The notes: generated by a model from the letters alone, not told the origin. A stretch of 64,000 nucleotides of DNA from Eledone cirrhosa (GCA_964016885.1 OZ024743.1:360034001-360098000); one strand, 5' to 3'. Counted from the stretch's first letter, positions 1 through 14,014 are shown. Made by a program: numbers and translations.

Positions 1-920
1 CACTTTTAAAGCAGCAGCCTATTATATCAGTTTTAGAAATAACACAAAAGTGATATGGTGGACATTTTCTAACCATAGGATGTCTTTAATACTAATCAAT
101 ATATCACTTTATATTTACACTTTTATTTATATTGCTTCTTAAAGCCCAGGTTACAAACATTTTACTGAGATGTTTTTTATTCAGTATGGATGGTCATGTA
201 CGAGTGTTTTATTTTCCAAGGCATGAGTTATTTTCTTTGAAAAATACACTATTTCTCAGCCCGCCTTGTGTAATATAAAATGTATACAACACTATCCTTC
301 TTGTTATGTCTCATGAATTCTAACATAAATTGGAGTATTACTCTTTGTCAACCCCATGTTTACTCATTATTTTATGGTAGGTTGTTATCAATACAAAATA
401 AAATCATTCATTACTTTCGATTTAGAGATTTATTGTGGCGGCATTTTGGCTGAAGCTTAATGCTTCTATTGTATAACATTACATATTTATTTGGCCATAA
501 ACGTATTATTAAATGTCAACGCTTTAGGACAGATAGGTATACATAAAAACATCGCAACAGTTTGCATAAACATTTGTAACTATAGAAATCAGGATAGGAA
601 AATGTTTTCTCTTTGGAATTTTCATTCTGAATGGCAAAGGCGAAAGATAGACAAATGATTTGGTTACTTTATGTATTGTAAGCATGATAAAACACGGCTG
701 CCTTAGACGTTAGCTTCCATTTTAAATTCGGCGAATTCAAAAGATGCGTCTACAAAATGCCATCGTTCTACAATCATCATGATTATCACTTCTTTTCATA
801 ATTGTTAATCGTGAGAAGGGATGTAGGCAAATATCCAAATAGATGTTCATTCCGTCACATAATACACATAACATGAGCTGAAAATCAGTAAATAATATTT
901 TCATAAATTATTATTACACA

Positions 921-1113
921 GGGTGGTGGATTGGCAGTATCGGTAGAGGGTCAGACACCATGCTTTCCAGCATAGTTACGTCCCTTTACGATCTGAGTTC
1001 AAATCCCGCCGAGGTTGACTTTGCCTTTCATCCTTACGAGGTCGATAAAATAAAGTACCAGTAATGCACTGGGATAATTGATGGCCTTGTGCCAAAAGTA
1101 GAAACAATTATTA
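921..1113 (+). mobile_element. tRNA-derived SINE, main family of this window (copy 1 of a tandem pair)
   Basis: A-box-like TGGCAGTATCGG, B-box GAGTTCAAATCCC, central GCCTTTCATCCTTACGAGGTCGATAAAATAAAGTACCAG (resembles the Meta-type SINE domain, from recall), tail GGCCTTGTGCCAAAAGTAGAAACAATTATT; about 10 copies in the window. Confidence 0.9.
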
Positions 1114-1120
1114 TTACACA

Positions 1121-1325
1121 GGGCGTGGATTGGCAGTATCGGTAGAGGGTCGGACGCCATGCTTTGCAGCACAGTTACGTCCCTTTACGTCCCTTTACTG
1201 ACTGAGTTCAAATCCCACCGAGGTTAACTTTGCCTTTCAACCTTACGGGGTCGATAATATAAAGTACCAGTAATACACTGGGATAATTGCTGGCCTTGTG
1301 CCAAAAGTAGAAACAATTATTATTA
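1121..1325 (+). mobile_element. tRNA-derived SINE (copy 2 of the tandem pair)
   Basis: Near-identical to 921-1113. Confidence 0.9.
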
Positions 1326-1440
1326 CATAGGTTGTCATTCCTTTATTTGTATATGTAATATGTCATGTAATTATATTTCACTGTATAAGAAGGCTGATAG
1401 GAGTAGTATTCAATTTATCTCCGAGCACACACATACATCC

Positions 1441-1547
<107 letters not shown>

Positions 1548-2787
1548 AAATATATATATGGACACACACATGCGAATATGCATATATATATGTATAGGTA
1601 TAGGCGAGTAATTTGATAAAACTTTCCAGCAGATACAAAAGCAGGAATTATAATTGCATTACATGTTACTATGGAATCTTATATTTCAAAGAATAGCGGC
1701 AAAGATATATTCCAAGTTTCAGAGCTGTAATTTACAAACTTCATCATGAGAGCTTTATAGATTTCTCTGAATAAATATACAGTGGAAAACATAGACGGAG
1801 TATGACTTACGAAAAATATGATAATGTCCTTCGCCAAGAAAGTAACGACAGAGAGAAAGAAATTTGGAAAAAATGTGAGAGAAGAATTTATAAAAGTAAA
1901 ATCAGCTAGAAAAGAAACATCAAGATGAGAGTGAACATGCTTAAATGCGTCAATGCAGATGGGATGGCTGAGTACCTGGGTCAGAAGTGATGCTAGCATG
2001 TGTGTTATAATTAAAAGGTTTCGACTGTATACAGTAAATGTTCGTATGCTGTGTGAATGATTATGTATAGTGGTTTGGGGTGCGTGTCAGATTGTCTATG
2101 TGTAGCTGCATATATGCACACGTACACAGACACACACACACACACATATATATATATACATATATATATCCGGGAAATACCTCTCTAGTAACATTGTCTA
2201 CAAATGTAAGGTTGAAACACCCAAGTCCCGTAAGGCCTGCATAGGGTTAACCGCCAATAGATTCAAGCAGCGTCTTTACATGCATACCCACTCTTTTCTT
2301 AACCCTTTAAGGAGGAATATGACGTCACTTTCAGCTTATATCTGCAGTCTAAAAGACAACCACACCCAATATAAGTTACACTGGGAGATCCTAGCTAGGG
2401 CTAGATCGTATATCGGAAATAAAAGACCACGTGACCTCTGCGCCGCTGAATTCCTGGAAATACTCTAGGCCAAAGACCACATCTTAAACAAAAAATCTGA
2501 GGCAAGTTCTGCTTGTAAACATAAATTGCACAAAACTTTCCTGTATTACAGACCCACATTATACCCTAAAAGATAGTACCAACTATACGCGGATATGCTA
2601 CGTCTTGATGTGGTAGCTAAGTATATGTTATGTTTATACCATTACTTATTTATATAGGTTAGTATATATTACCTGTATGTTTTGTGAAGGTAACGTTTCC
2701 ACGAACCAAAGTATCGTCTTCACTGTCTTCCTTCGGTTGCAACGTTTTTTGAAATATTTATTTCTGCGTTCACAGATTGATATTTTT

Positions 2788-2838
2788 AGTTTCAGAAGAT
2801 CCCGTTAAGGGTGAAAGCAGCGATTCTTTGCTTAAACT
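2788..2838 (+). ncRNA. Type-I hammerhead ribozyme motif, U4A core variant
   Basis: agttt-CAGAAGA-t-ccc(gttaa)ggg-t-GAAA-gca..tgc-TT-aaact; stems I, II and III all pair. Confidence 0.6.
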
Positions 2839-4179
2839 TTAATCTGTTATCTTCATAAATATTTGCCCTACGTTTCTTATATATTTGATATATATTTATT
2901 CTTATCGAGCAACCTTTGGAATTTAGCCTTCACATTTATTATTATCACTATTTGGCTCCCTCGGTTGAGCACTCTATTGACTTATATTCATCATGCAGAA
3001 ACAACATCTGAATATTTCTACTAACAACATTCCAGTACCAAGCAGAAAAACATACTAAAACTCCTGATACAAAAAACAGCCGCGTTCATTAAAAGGTTGC
3101 GTTGGCGTGCCTTATACTTCGATATTGAGGGAAAAACGGACAACAAACAGTTAAAATTTGGGTTTAAAACCTATATTAACACCCCAAGCAACCCAGCCTT
3201 GCTTCTCTTCGTAAATGATGTCATGGAACTCATACGGAGTATACCATTTCGGAATAGGAGCAATTCGTTCCACCGGGACCTGAAGAATAGAATTCGTTCT
3301 ATTAAGGATTATAATGCTATGCACGTCCACTCCGAAGAAACTGTCAATCTATATCAGGTGGAGCGCAGTACTTACCATCAACTGCTACATAATGCTGTAA
3401 CTAAAGATTACCGTAAAACTAATCTGAGCATCATTAATGACATCAACGATGCTGGGTTTAAAATCACCTCTGATCTCAACATCATGGACCGGATTGAGCC
3501 TCTGGACCCTGTTTCTCCCCACTTTACCCTGAAGGATCACAAATCCAATTTCCCGAACAACGCCTCTATTCGGCTTATTAACCCTACGAAGTCCGATTTA
3601 GGTGGACTTAGTAAAAGGATTTTAGATAGAATTATACCTGAAATTAGAAGTTTGTCCCTTCTTGCACTGTGGAATAATTCTTTCGCGGTGATTCATTGGT
3701 TCAACGGCATATGCAACAAAGAACATTGCCGTTTTATCCAATTCGACATCAATAATTACTACTCCTCCATCACTCTACCACTTCTTAGAGATATCAATTT
3801 CGCTTAAACACTCACAGTGGATTAATTTCGACAACTCTATTTGGATTAAAAATCTAAGAGTACCACGTGACATCTGCGTGACATCTGCGCCGAGGCAAGT
3901 TCTGCTTGTAAACATAAATTGCACAAAACTTTCCTGTATTACAGACCCACATTATACCCTAAGAGATAGTACCAACTATACGCGGATATGCTACGTCTTG
4001 ATGTGGTAGCTAAGTATATGTTATGTTTATACCATTACTTATTTATATAGGTAAGTATATATTACCTGTATGTTTTGTGAAGGCAACGTTTCCACGAACC
4101 AAAGTATCGTCTTCCTGTCTTCCTTCGGTTGCAACGTTTTTTGAAATATTTACTTCTGCGTTCACAGATTGATATTTTT

Positions 4180-4230
4180 AGTTTCAGAAGATCCCGTTAA
4201 GGGTGAAAGCAGCGATTATTTGCTTAAACT
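4180..4230 (+). ncRNA. Type-I hammerhead motif, second pLTR copy
   Basis: Same fold as 2788-2838. Confidence 0.6.
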
Positions 4231-4554
4231 TTAATCTGTTATCTTAATAAATATTTGCTCTACGGTTCATATATATTTAATATATATTTATCCTTATGGA
4301 GCATTCTTTGGATTTTAGTCTTCAAATTTATTATTATCACTATATATATATATGTCAGATTGGAGGCGGTATAAACCAGTTAGACCATTACTCAGCAAAG
4401 TGGGGTAGTAGAGTGGGTAATATGAACACTTTCAGGACCTCGATGGCTAAGCTCTGGCCATTTCAATATTTAATAGCTGTTCTGTTTTCAGCAATCCTCA
4501 TATGGCCGATCTGGGCTATATTAGTCATGTTAATATCCAACACATTATATCCGA

Positions 4555-6125
4555 CATAACAAGAAGCTGCAATAAACGAAATTAAACACAATTCATCAGT
4601 AGTCCCCGACAGGTTCCCTGCTTGTGTCCTGAATGCTAATCTGTGGAGGAACTCACTGGATAAATGCTATATATTCCTTCTATATAAAACTTTCTGTCAC
4701 AGTTTTCAAAAAGTGAAATAAGTCACTTGCAATGAATTTCCGTCCCATTTCACTCACCTCTCATATCATCAAGGTATTTGAGAGGGTGGTGAGATCACGA
4801 ATAACCCACCTTCTCGAAAGCAACGGCCTGCTGAATTCCAGCCAACAGGGGTTCCGTAATGGAAGGGACTGCCTAACGCAGCTCCTGCATCACTCTGATG
4901 ATGTTTTGAGAGCCTTGGGTGAGGGCTCCAACACGGATGTCATCTACCTTAATTTCAGCAAGGCTTTTGACAAGGTTGACTATAAGATTCTATTGAAAGC
5001 ACTATCCAATATTGGTGTCTCTGGAAGGTTACCAGATTGGATCAAATGTTTCCTGACAGACAGAACCCAACATGTTGTAGTCGAAGGAGTAAAATCAAGC
5101 CCAGCCAAAGTCCGCAGTGGCGTTCCACAAGGCACTGTGCTGGGCCCACTTCTTTTCAACATCTACATTAATGACATTACTGACATCATCAAGCACAGCA
5201 ACATAAGAATCTTCGCAGATGATTCAAGCTCCAAAGGGTCATCAATGACGTGGGTGACCGGACCTGCCTTCAGTCAGACCTACTGCCTGTTATCAATTGG
5301 GCCGAAAACAACAATATGCTGTTGAATGAGAATAAGTTCGAGTTAATCTACTTCGGAAAAAAGGATGCCCTGAAACTCATAGACTCTCTTCCTTCAGGTG
5401 AAACTCTCGTGGCATCCAATAACATCAGAAACCTGGGAGTAATTGTGGACAACAACGTGAGCTGGGCCACTTATATAAATAGCAAAGTAGACATGGTCCG
5501 CAGAATGAGTTCCTGATTCTCAGAACCTTCCAGTCGAGAGATATCCACACTGTTATCCTTCTTTTCTCCACTTTTTCCCAACCCCACATTGAATACTGTT
5601 GGCTACTATGGTCTCCCCACACAAACGAAAGTATCATGTAGTTGAAACACCCCAAAGATCAATTACAAAAAAGTTAGATGGCATGACATGCCTTGGCTAT
5701 TAGAGTCGATTAGAAAAGCCCAACCTTTATTCTCTACAACGTCACCGTGAGCGTTATATTATCTGTATGATGTGGAAAATATTCCATCAGCTTTGCACAA
5801 ATGAAGTTGGCTCGGACCCCGTGCTATCGGCCCACGACAGAAATCTCACTCGCATCTCATAATGACAATACGGCACAATTATTTCACCTCAATTGGCCAC
5901 GTTCTCTTTAAAATTTTACAAAAACCCATTACAACAGAACAGACCCCATCAATTTCAAGAAGTCATTGGACAGATTCCTTCCAGAAATCCCGGATATGCC
6001 TCCGTAAACAATACCTCTCTACTTGACTGGGCCATGGTGCCCACATCCTGATTTGAAAGACTTCGCCATGTGATGCTATTAAGTTAGACATGGCCGGGGC
6101 CAACACTGGCCGGAAACTATCAAAG

Positions 6126-6126
<1 letters not shown>
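4555..6126 (+). mobile_element. CR1-group LINE, 5'-truncated RT pseudogene with 3' end
   Basis: NFRPISLTSHIIKVFER, YLNFSKAFDKV, SGVPQGTVLGPLLF, IRIFADD, NLGVIVD; frameshifts and stops; ends at (TA)n. Confidence 0.9.
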
Positions 6127-6217
<91 letters not shown>

Positions 6218-6360
6218 TTATGTATATATATATATATATATATTTATTTATGTATATATATATATATATATATGCATATGTATGTATATATATATAGCTA
6301 TATATATGCATGTATGCATGCATATATATATGTATTTATCTATACGCATATATATATATA
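6127..6360. repeat. (TA)n microsatellite
   Basis: Direct read. Confidence 0.97.
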
Positions 6361-6374
6361 TTGTAATATAGATG

Positions 6375-6425
6375 AGATTCTACAGGACTAGAACTGTTTC
6401 ATTCTTTAGATATCATCAGGAATCT
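6375..6425 (-). ncRNA. Type-I hammerhead motif in an inverted PLE terminus
   Basis: Minus strand: agattc-CTGATGA-tatctaaagaat-GAAAC-ag(ttctagtc)ct-GTA-gaatct. Confidence 0.7.
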
Positions 6426-6484
6426 GGCTTTCCAAAAATAAATGTTGTGGTATTTATATTTTTCAGGTGGTAGGAGAGGGTGAA

Positions 6485-7189
6485 AACAAATGCCTGATAA
6501 ATGATATCGTGTACAAATGCGATGTCATCTCAGGCACCGATGATTGCAACAACAAAAAAACTTATATCGGCATGACTTCCAATAACTTTAAGACCCGTTG
6601 TTATGCCCATACCCACTCTTTCAGAGGACCGGACAAATCAAACCAGACAACACTCGCCTCCTATGTTTGGGACCTCAAAAGGACCCCCCCACCCCCTTCA
6701 CACTTAAATGGAAAATACTCCAGAAAGCGCACTCATACAACGGAGGACACAAGGGCTGCGACCTTTGTATCTCAGAGAGCTACGAAATTTTATTCGCCAA
6801 GGGCCCGCTATTGAAAAAAATCTGAACCGAAATTTTATTCGCCAAGGGCCCGCTATTGAAAAAAATCTGAACACTGCCCAAACTGCATGCACAAAAACTT
6901 TGCAACTTTCAAATACCTTAAGCCAGTGTTAATGCCCGATTTTTTTTTTAACGCCAGTCGACAAAATAGCCCCTCTACCTCCTTCCCACCCCACCCCTGC
7001 CCCTCCTCAACCTGAAACACGGCCACTATGGTTATGTAAGTACCTCTTACCTATCTGCATTTTCTGCTTGTAGAGCTGTTTTTATGTGCCTGTGTATATG
7101 CGTATATTTATGAGTACATTTTTGTATGTATTTGTATGAGTGGCCGTTAGTTTGTATGCATATCGCTGTGTAGCTGCGTTCACATGTCA

Positions 7190-7190
<1 letters not shown>
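6485..7190 (+). mobile_element. PLE GIY-YIG endonuclease 3' fragment plus UTR
   Basis: CLINDIVYKCDV..TYIGMTSNNFKTR..HTHSF, then LKWKIL..CDLCISE; internal duplication of about 44 bp at 6784-6872. Confidence 0.85.
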
Positions 7191-8176
<986 letters not shown>

Positions 8177-8432
8177 ATGTTAAGGATACTATTTATAGTT
8201 ATGTATATTTTAAACCATAAATAGGGAAGGTCAGTAATTTATTACTACCTTATTACCAGTAAGATAAATAGTTCAATGTAAGAACATCAGTTGTACTACA
8301 GAGCAGTTTTATAGAATTCACAAGAATCAAAGCTATGTTCAAAACATTTATTCACTTAAAATTGTTTCTTCCAAACCTAGGCTTGGAGTTTTCGGAGCAA
8401 TTTTTAATGCATGTACATATAATTGACTTCCC
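8177..8432 (-). mobile_element. PLE pseudo-LTR/tail with a degraded hammerhead (family of 21550-21840)
   Basis: Reverse-complement similarity to 21550-21840. Confidence 0.7.
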
Positions 8433-8590
8433 AGTCGATGCAAGAGACATACAGATACATATATATATATATTGATGTACAGTGTGGAGCGGCATACATC
8501 ATACTATACTATGTTTGTATAGTAATTCAAATAAAAATCCAAATTTAAAATCAAAATTAAATTTAAAATACATGCGACAGATAACACAGA

Positions 8591-8901
8591 TAATTGTTTC
8601 TACTATTGGCACAAGGCCAGAAAATTACCCAGTACATTACTGGTACTTTATTTTATCGACCCCGTAAGGATGAAAGGCAAAGTTAACCTCGGCGGGATTT
8701 GAAATGCAGGAGAATAGTTCAATAATTGTTTCTACTATTGGCACAAGGCCAGTAATTACCTAGTACATTACTGGTACTTTATTTTATCGAACCCGTAAGG
8801 ATGAAAGGCAAAGTTAAACTCGGCGGGATTTGAACTCAGAATGGCAAGGGCCGTAACTCTATGCGTCAAAGCATGGCGTCCGACCCTCTACCGATACTGC
8901 A
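8591..8901 (-). mobile_element. Two SINE copies in tandem (8591-8703 partial; 8721-8901)
   Basis: Reverse complement of the 921 family. Confidence 0.88.
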
Positions 8902-9239
8902 TCAGATCTAGTAGATAGTGTATGCGTTAGTCATCCATGGGGCATGCACATGTGTATCATTTATATAAGAGTATTGTGTGGCAAGGTATTACATGTGATA
9001 CAAGCACTTTAAGCGGGTAAGCAAGAGTACTATGGTGGTTGCAGGGGGGGGGGGGTACAGATCAAATTAGTATGTGTGCAGAGAGGTAACTAGCTGATTC
9101 TCATAACTAAATTCATTGTTCCAACATACATTATATGTTGCCACAATTTAGTCCCTTATATAAAGGGTTATATATTTATATTTAATTTCAAATACAGTCT
9201 ACTCTCTCATAATGTATTAAAGCTAACATACATTAAATT

Positions 9240-10205
9240 ACCAGTATGCTGATCAAAGACCAACTTCCTATATACACCATTTCATAAACCTAACGAAAAA
9301 CTAATTTATGTAGATACCAAGTCTAACCACCCTAGATCAATATTAAACTCTATCCCTAAAGGAATATCCAATAGAATGTCTAATCTATCTTATAACAAAA
9401 CCATATTTAGCAATAATTCACAATACTATAATCAGGCATTAGCTAAATCAGGCCATAATAATGAGATTGAGTTCCTACCTATAAAAACACATAGTTACAA
9501 CATTATTTCTCACAATATGACCATGAAGAAAAATAGTAATAGGGATAATAACCACACTCACACTAATACGAAGGGTAGCATCAAACGTAACTCGCACCAG
9601 AGAAGACACCAAAATACTATAAACGGAAACACCTCAATAGATATAAAAAAACAAAAATAGAAGAAGAACAAAAATAGAAGAATATAGCCTCAGAGAAATT
9701 TGACGATAATGATATGATAGGCACCCAATATTTGAACTGGTTTATAGAGTTCTCTTGGCATTTGTCACTCTAAGTAGAGTTTAAAGAATTACCTTTTAAA
9801 GAATTTCCCTTTTATTTAAATCCATCAACCATGACCGACCCCCAACGATCTTATAGACACCTGAAATATAGGCATTGTTAGCTTAAGAGAAACTTACAAA
9901 TTAGGAGTGGCACTCCTTTCTGAACTTATAGAATTCTTTCTGCCTTTGTCACTCTAAATATAAATTATAGCTTTAAAGAATTAGATTTTAATGAATTCCC
10001 TTTTCTTCCAACCAATGACCTCCACCCATCCTCTCCTACCACATGAAAAGATATAAATACCACAACATTTATTTTTGGAAATCCAGATTCCTGATGATTT
10101 CTAAAGAATGAAACAGTTCTAGTCCAGTAGAATCTCATCTATATTAAAACTTGTGTACCCTGCTATGTATTGAGTACCTTACTTACTGTGGTTACCTCCG
10201 ATTCA
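9240..10205 (+). mobile_element. PLE RT C-terminal remnant plus 3' pseudo-LTR
   Basis: YTPFHKPNEKLIYVDTKSNHPRSILNSIPKGISNRMSNLS..YNQALAKSGH (PLE RT C-terminal region); HHR near the 3' end. Confidence 0.8.
10085..10135 (+). ncRNA. Type-I hammerhead ribozyme motif
   Basis: agattc-CTGATGA-t-ttc(taaa)gaa-t-GAAAC..GTA-gaatct; canonical core, 6-bp stem I. Confidence 0.75.
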
Positions 10206-10212
10206 ACCCGGA

Positions 10213-10258
<46 letters not shown>

Positions 10259-10272
10259 ATGTGTGTGTGTGT

Positions 10273-10628
10273 GTGTATTTACCTGAATAGTCTAAAAAAA
10301 CAACCAGTAAATAAACGAATATAAACACACACAGACACCCGGATGTAACACATGCGCAAACTAAGCACACAACACACACACAAAAACAAGATGGCGTAGG
10401 ACAGAACAAAGGAGAGGCACAAAAAACAAAGAAAAGAATCCCCAGTCACTAAAGAGGTCACAGAATGTGTGACGAAAGAACTTTGACAATATATAAACAC
10501 CCATCTGGTTGTGGAACCAACCAACCAACCGGAAATTTATAAATTCCTAAATTTATAAATTTATTATAAGTGAAAGCATCTGGTGCGTGTGTTTCTTATT
10601 GGCAACATGACCCTCCCAAATTATAACA
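10273..10628 (-). mobile_element. Possible solo-LTR-like repeat within microsatellite
   Basis: TG...CA ends; terminal CCCTC..CAA..TATAACA and an internal AAGATGGCG-type motif shared with 62989-63417. Confidence 0.35.
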
Positions 10629-10893
10629 ATATATATATATATATATATACATGTCGCTATTGTCTTCAAAGTTTCCATTATCAAACAATTCTAAAAGGAA
10701 GTATTGATGTGATGTGTATTGGCTTTCAACACTCACGCAGCAAGAAGTAACAATGACAGTCAATAATGTATTACCAATGACAACTTATCGTACACAAATG
10801 CACATATCAGGATAGATATCGTTTCCCTTCTTCAAAATCTATTGTCTTCCAAATTTCCATTTTAAAGTTTCCTGAAGTGAAGTTTGGTGATAT

Positions 10894-10987
<94 letters not shown>

Positions 10988-11043
10988 CAAACTTCACTGG
11001 CATTGATAAATATGCTGGGTCCGTCAACTCCTTATTATATAAT

Positions 11044-11094
<51 letters not shown>

Positions 11095-11097
<3 letters not shown>

Positions 11098-11335
11098 GAT
11101 ATAAGTATGTATACGTACATACATATATGTATACAGATGCACAGTAGTATGTATATATATACATACATGCACGCATATATTTATATGTACGTATGGATTT
11201 ACCGAGTATTTATTATAATGCTCGATGTGTTTGTAAATAAACATCCCGAATTAAGCCGTACAGTGTTTAGCAACCATCGTTGACCTTTTGTTGAACACTG
11301 ACAAGAGTAAGAAATGAAATTTCGTTTCATTTTAT
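11095..11335 (-). mobile_element. Fragment of the small HHR element family at 33165-33880
   Basis: Reverse complement of 33340-33545, joined to the internal GAAATGAAATTTCGTTTCATTTT segment. Confidence 0.75.
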
Positions 11336-11572
11336 ATACATATTTATTTATCGAAACATTATATATATATATATATATATATATACCCCCACTCTCCTGA
11401 GCGTGAATTTAATAAACATTTGTCGTACTGCCTCTCTGTTCTGTCCCTGTTCAATTTTTCATTATAAATATATATATATATATATAAAGAAGGAAATGTG
11501 GTAAGGAACCAGATGGACCAAAGTAATCAATACTTAGGGCAGTAGAGTGGGTAATAGGAACAAGTACTTGTT

Positions 11573-11628
<56 letters not shown>

Positions 11629-11744
11629 AACAAAAGTGGCAATGTGGTTATTGCCAAGACAAGAAAGAAAGACAGATAGTGTGAGTGTGAGAAGAAAGAC
11701 CGTGGGAGAAAGAGGAGAGAGAGAATGAGAAATAGGGAAAGAGT

Positions 11745-11799
11745 GTGTGTGTGTTTGTGTGTGTGTCTGCGTGTGTGTGAGAGAGAGAGCGATAGAGAG

Positions 11800-11854
<55 letters not shown>

Positions 11855-11859
11855 GAGGG

Positions 11860-11890
<31 letters not shown>

Positions 11891-11895
11891 GAGAA
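11745..11895. repeat. (TG)n/(GA)n microsatellite
   Basis: Direct read. Confidence 0.95.
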
Positions 11896-11949
11896 TGGCT
11901 CAAATGACGTTTAAATAAATTTGCTAGAAATGAAAAATTTTCGTACGCA

Positions 11950-12766
11950 TGATATTTTCAAAGTTTGCATTCCTTCATTGACTAAGCTTTCGTAGACCAC
12001 CTACGATTACAATGCCCTCTGACATGTCCGAATCACCATATCGTTTACACTTCGATAAACTTATTAAAGTGAATGGCGTTGCTTGTACATCTCTCAAGAA
12101 GCCTGTACGCAGAAATCTCCTTTGGAAGACGACAATCTATGTGATGAATCACTTACAGAGGCGTCTCAAACTCGGACTGCCAAAAGTATTCGAAATTTGT
12201 TCGCAAATATATTTCTCATTGCCAATCCATCGGCGCTTTGGCTAAAGTATAGGGTTGACATGTCCGAGGACATAAAACACCAAGTATAATTGAATAACCC
12301 TGGTATAGAAGTAACCTTTTCAGACGAACATTATATCATAGCTTTCAACGAGATTGAAGAGAAACTGGCGGAAATAATTAAACCTGCACTACATTTATTA
12401 GGCCTTACACGCACCGATAGAACTAATGATAGCATAAGAATTGAAATTGTGCGAGTATCTTCATACAAATTGAGTCAATTACATAACAGAATGGAGGTCT
12501 ATGTTTTATCGTCAACTTTATGGCCAGGTATTATCAAACTAAATTTAAGAACCTACATGTGGGCACAACTACACAGTGACAGTGTTATTGCAGACTATGC
12601 TCGAAGGCTTCTGAAAATTATTGAAGGAAAATATCCCTTAATACTGAGGATGTTTTGATCCTTCATCAATTTGTACTGTTGTGGAAAGTGCTGATAGCTT
12701 AATTAAATAAGTGTTCCCCAATTTCGTAATCCACCATTCCAACGATGATTCCCGGGCAACGTATAG
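11950..12766 (+). mobile_element. Helitron Rep/helicase remnant, internally deleted
   Basis: LEDDNLCDESLTEA..IRNLFANI..NPSALWLKYRVDMSEDI (post-Rep region) fused to SSTLWPGIIKLNLRTYM..YARRLLKI.EG (PIF1-like); Helitron-like end CCCGGGCAACGTATAG. Confidence 0.75.
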
Positions 12767-13378
12767 CCTCGTTTAAATGATTTTTTGTTTGGTTGATTTA
12801 TGCTGATTGGGAGAAGATATACTGTATATATTTTATCTTATGATTCTATGGACTTGCTTTTTTATATATTGCTCTGATTATTAATTATATAATTAATTCT
12901 TCATCGAGCCACACCATGAATGGTTGCCAAAATCATATATATATATATCTATGACTTTGTCTAGTTTAAATTTTATATATATATATATGAGCAGAAAATA
13001 TACACAAACTCAATTACAAATCACGAACAGCCAACTGCATCTCAATCCTGTCAGCCACATATTCGTGCAATTTGTGCAACCACTCTGTTGGTAAGATGTA
13101 TGTAAGGTGATAATAAAACAAAGAATGGACAGGAAAATGTACATGTGTCATTCGACAAAAGAAATGAATATAAAAAATAATGTACGTAGAAAGGAATATA
13201 TAATGTATGCAAGATTCCAACACTGGAAGAAAGGAAATATTTGTTTCTCGACTGTCATCAACAAATGATTAGATAGCCTTACTTAACAAAAAGAAGTTTT
13301 GCCATTAAGGGAAACTGAAAGATAATAGACAGATGGATGGCCTGAATAGTTTACAGTGAGAGAAATACACATACCCTC

Positions 13379-13477
<99 letters not shown>

Positions 13478-13533
13478 ATATTATAATAAAATAACAGGAG
13501 GCTGAACTTGTGTAAATCCTTGAAAGGTTTATT

Positions 13534-13591
13534 ATACTATGATCATTTCAATGACCAGGTTCCGTATGAATCCGGTGATATCATCAGGTAT
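13534..13591 (-). ncRNA. Type-I hammerhead motif (inverted copy)
   Basis: Reverse complement of 14015-14072. Confidence 0.65.
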
Positions 13592-14014
13592 TCGAAATAT
13601 AATAAATGAATGTAACAGATAAAATCCATGGGGTTGAAAATCATAGACCCGAGGACGACCGACCATCTAACATCTTCCACTTTAGCCGGTCGCCCTCAAG
13701 TGCTGCCCTTTCAGCCTACTTAAGGCCATCTCGTGAGGGGGCTAAAGCTTATAGTGTGCTACTAACTTCCCGGTCAAAGAGAAGATAAACAGAAAGGAAG
13801 ACGAAGGAAAGTCAATGTTAATGTCTTGCTATAAGAAAAAAGACATAAATAAAGAGGAAGAAAAGGAAGAAAAGTCAGCATTAATGTCATGCTGAATGGG
13901 CAGCACTTGAGGGCGACCGCCTAAAGTTGAAGATGCTAGATGGTCGGTCGTCTTTGGGTCTGTGATTTTCAGCCCCATGGATTTTATCTGTTACATTCAT
14001 TTATTATATTTCGA

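Larger units (their letters stand above)
2170..4340 (+). mobile_element. Penelope-like element: upstream 3' part (GIY-YIG end plus pseudo-LTR), RT N-terminal remnant, internal deletion, second pseudo-LTR
   Basis: 2170-2570 translates NIVYKCKV..IGLTANRFKQR..HTHSF..DLCAAE (PLE endonuclease); 2993-3807 gives ISTNNIPVPS..FIKRLRWRA..FTLKDHKSNF..RLINPTKSDLG..FIQFDINNYY (PLE RT); about 2499-2945 is directly repeated at about 3892-4340. Confidence 0.88.

Noticed and set aside
921-1010. tRNA gene-like A and B boxes
   Set aside because: SINE head with no convincing cloverleaf, continuing into the SINE body
2688-2725. Minus-strand HHR-like GTGAAGA-cga..tcg-tg-GAAACGTT
   Set aside because: C3 is missing, the core differs in the second pLTR and there is no convincing stem I
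6088-6126. GGCC-aacact-GGCC-GGAAAC, resembling hammerhead stem II
   Set aside because: No CUGANGA upstream; better explained as the LINE 3' stem-loop
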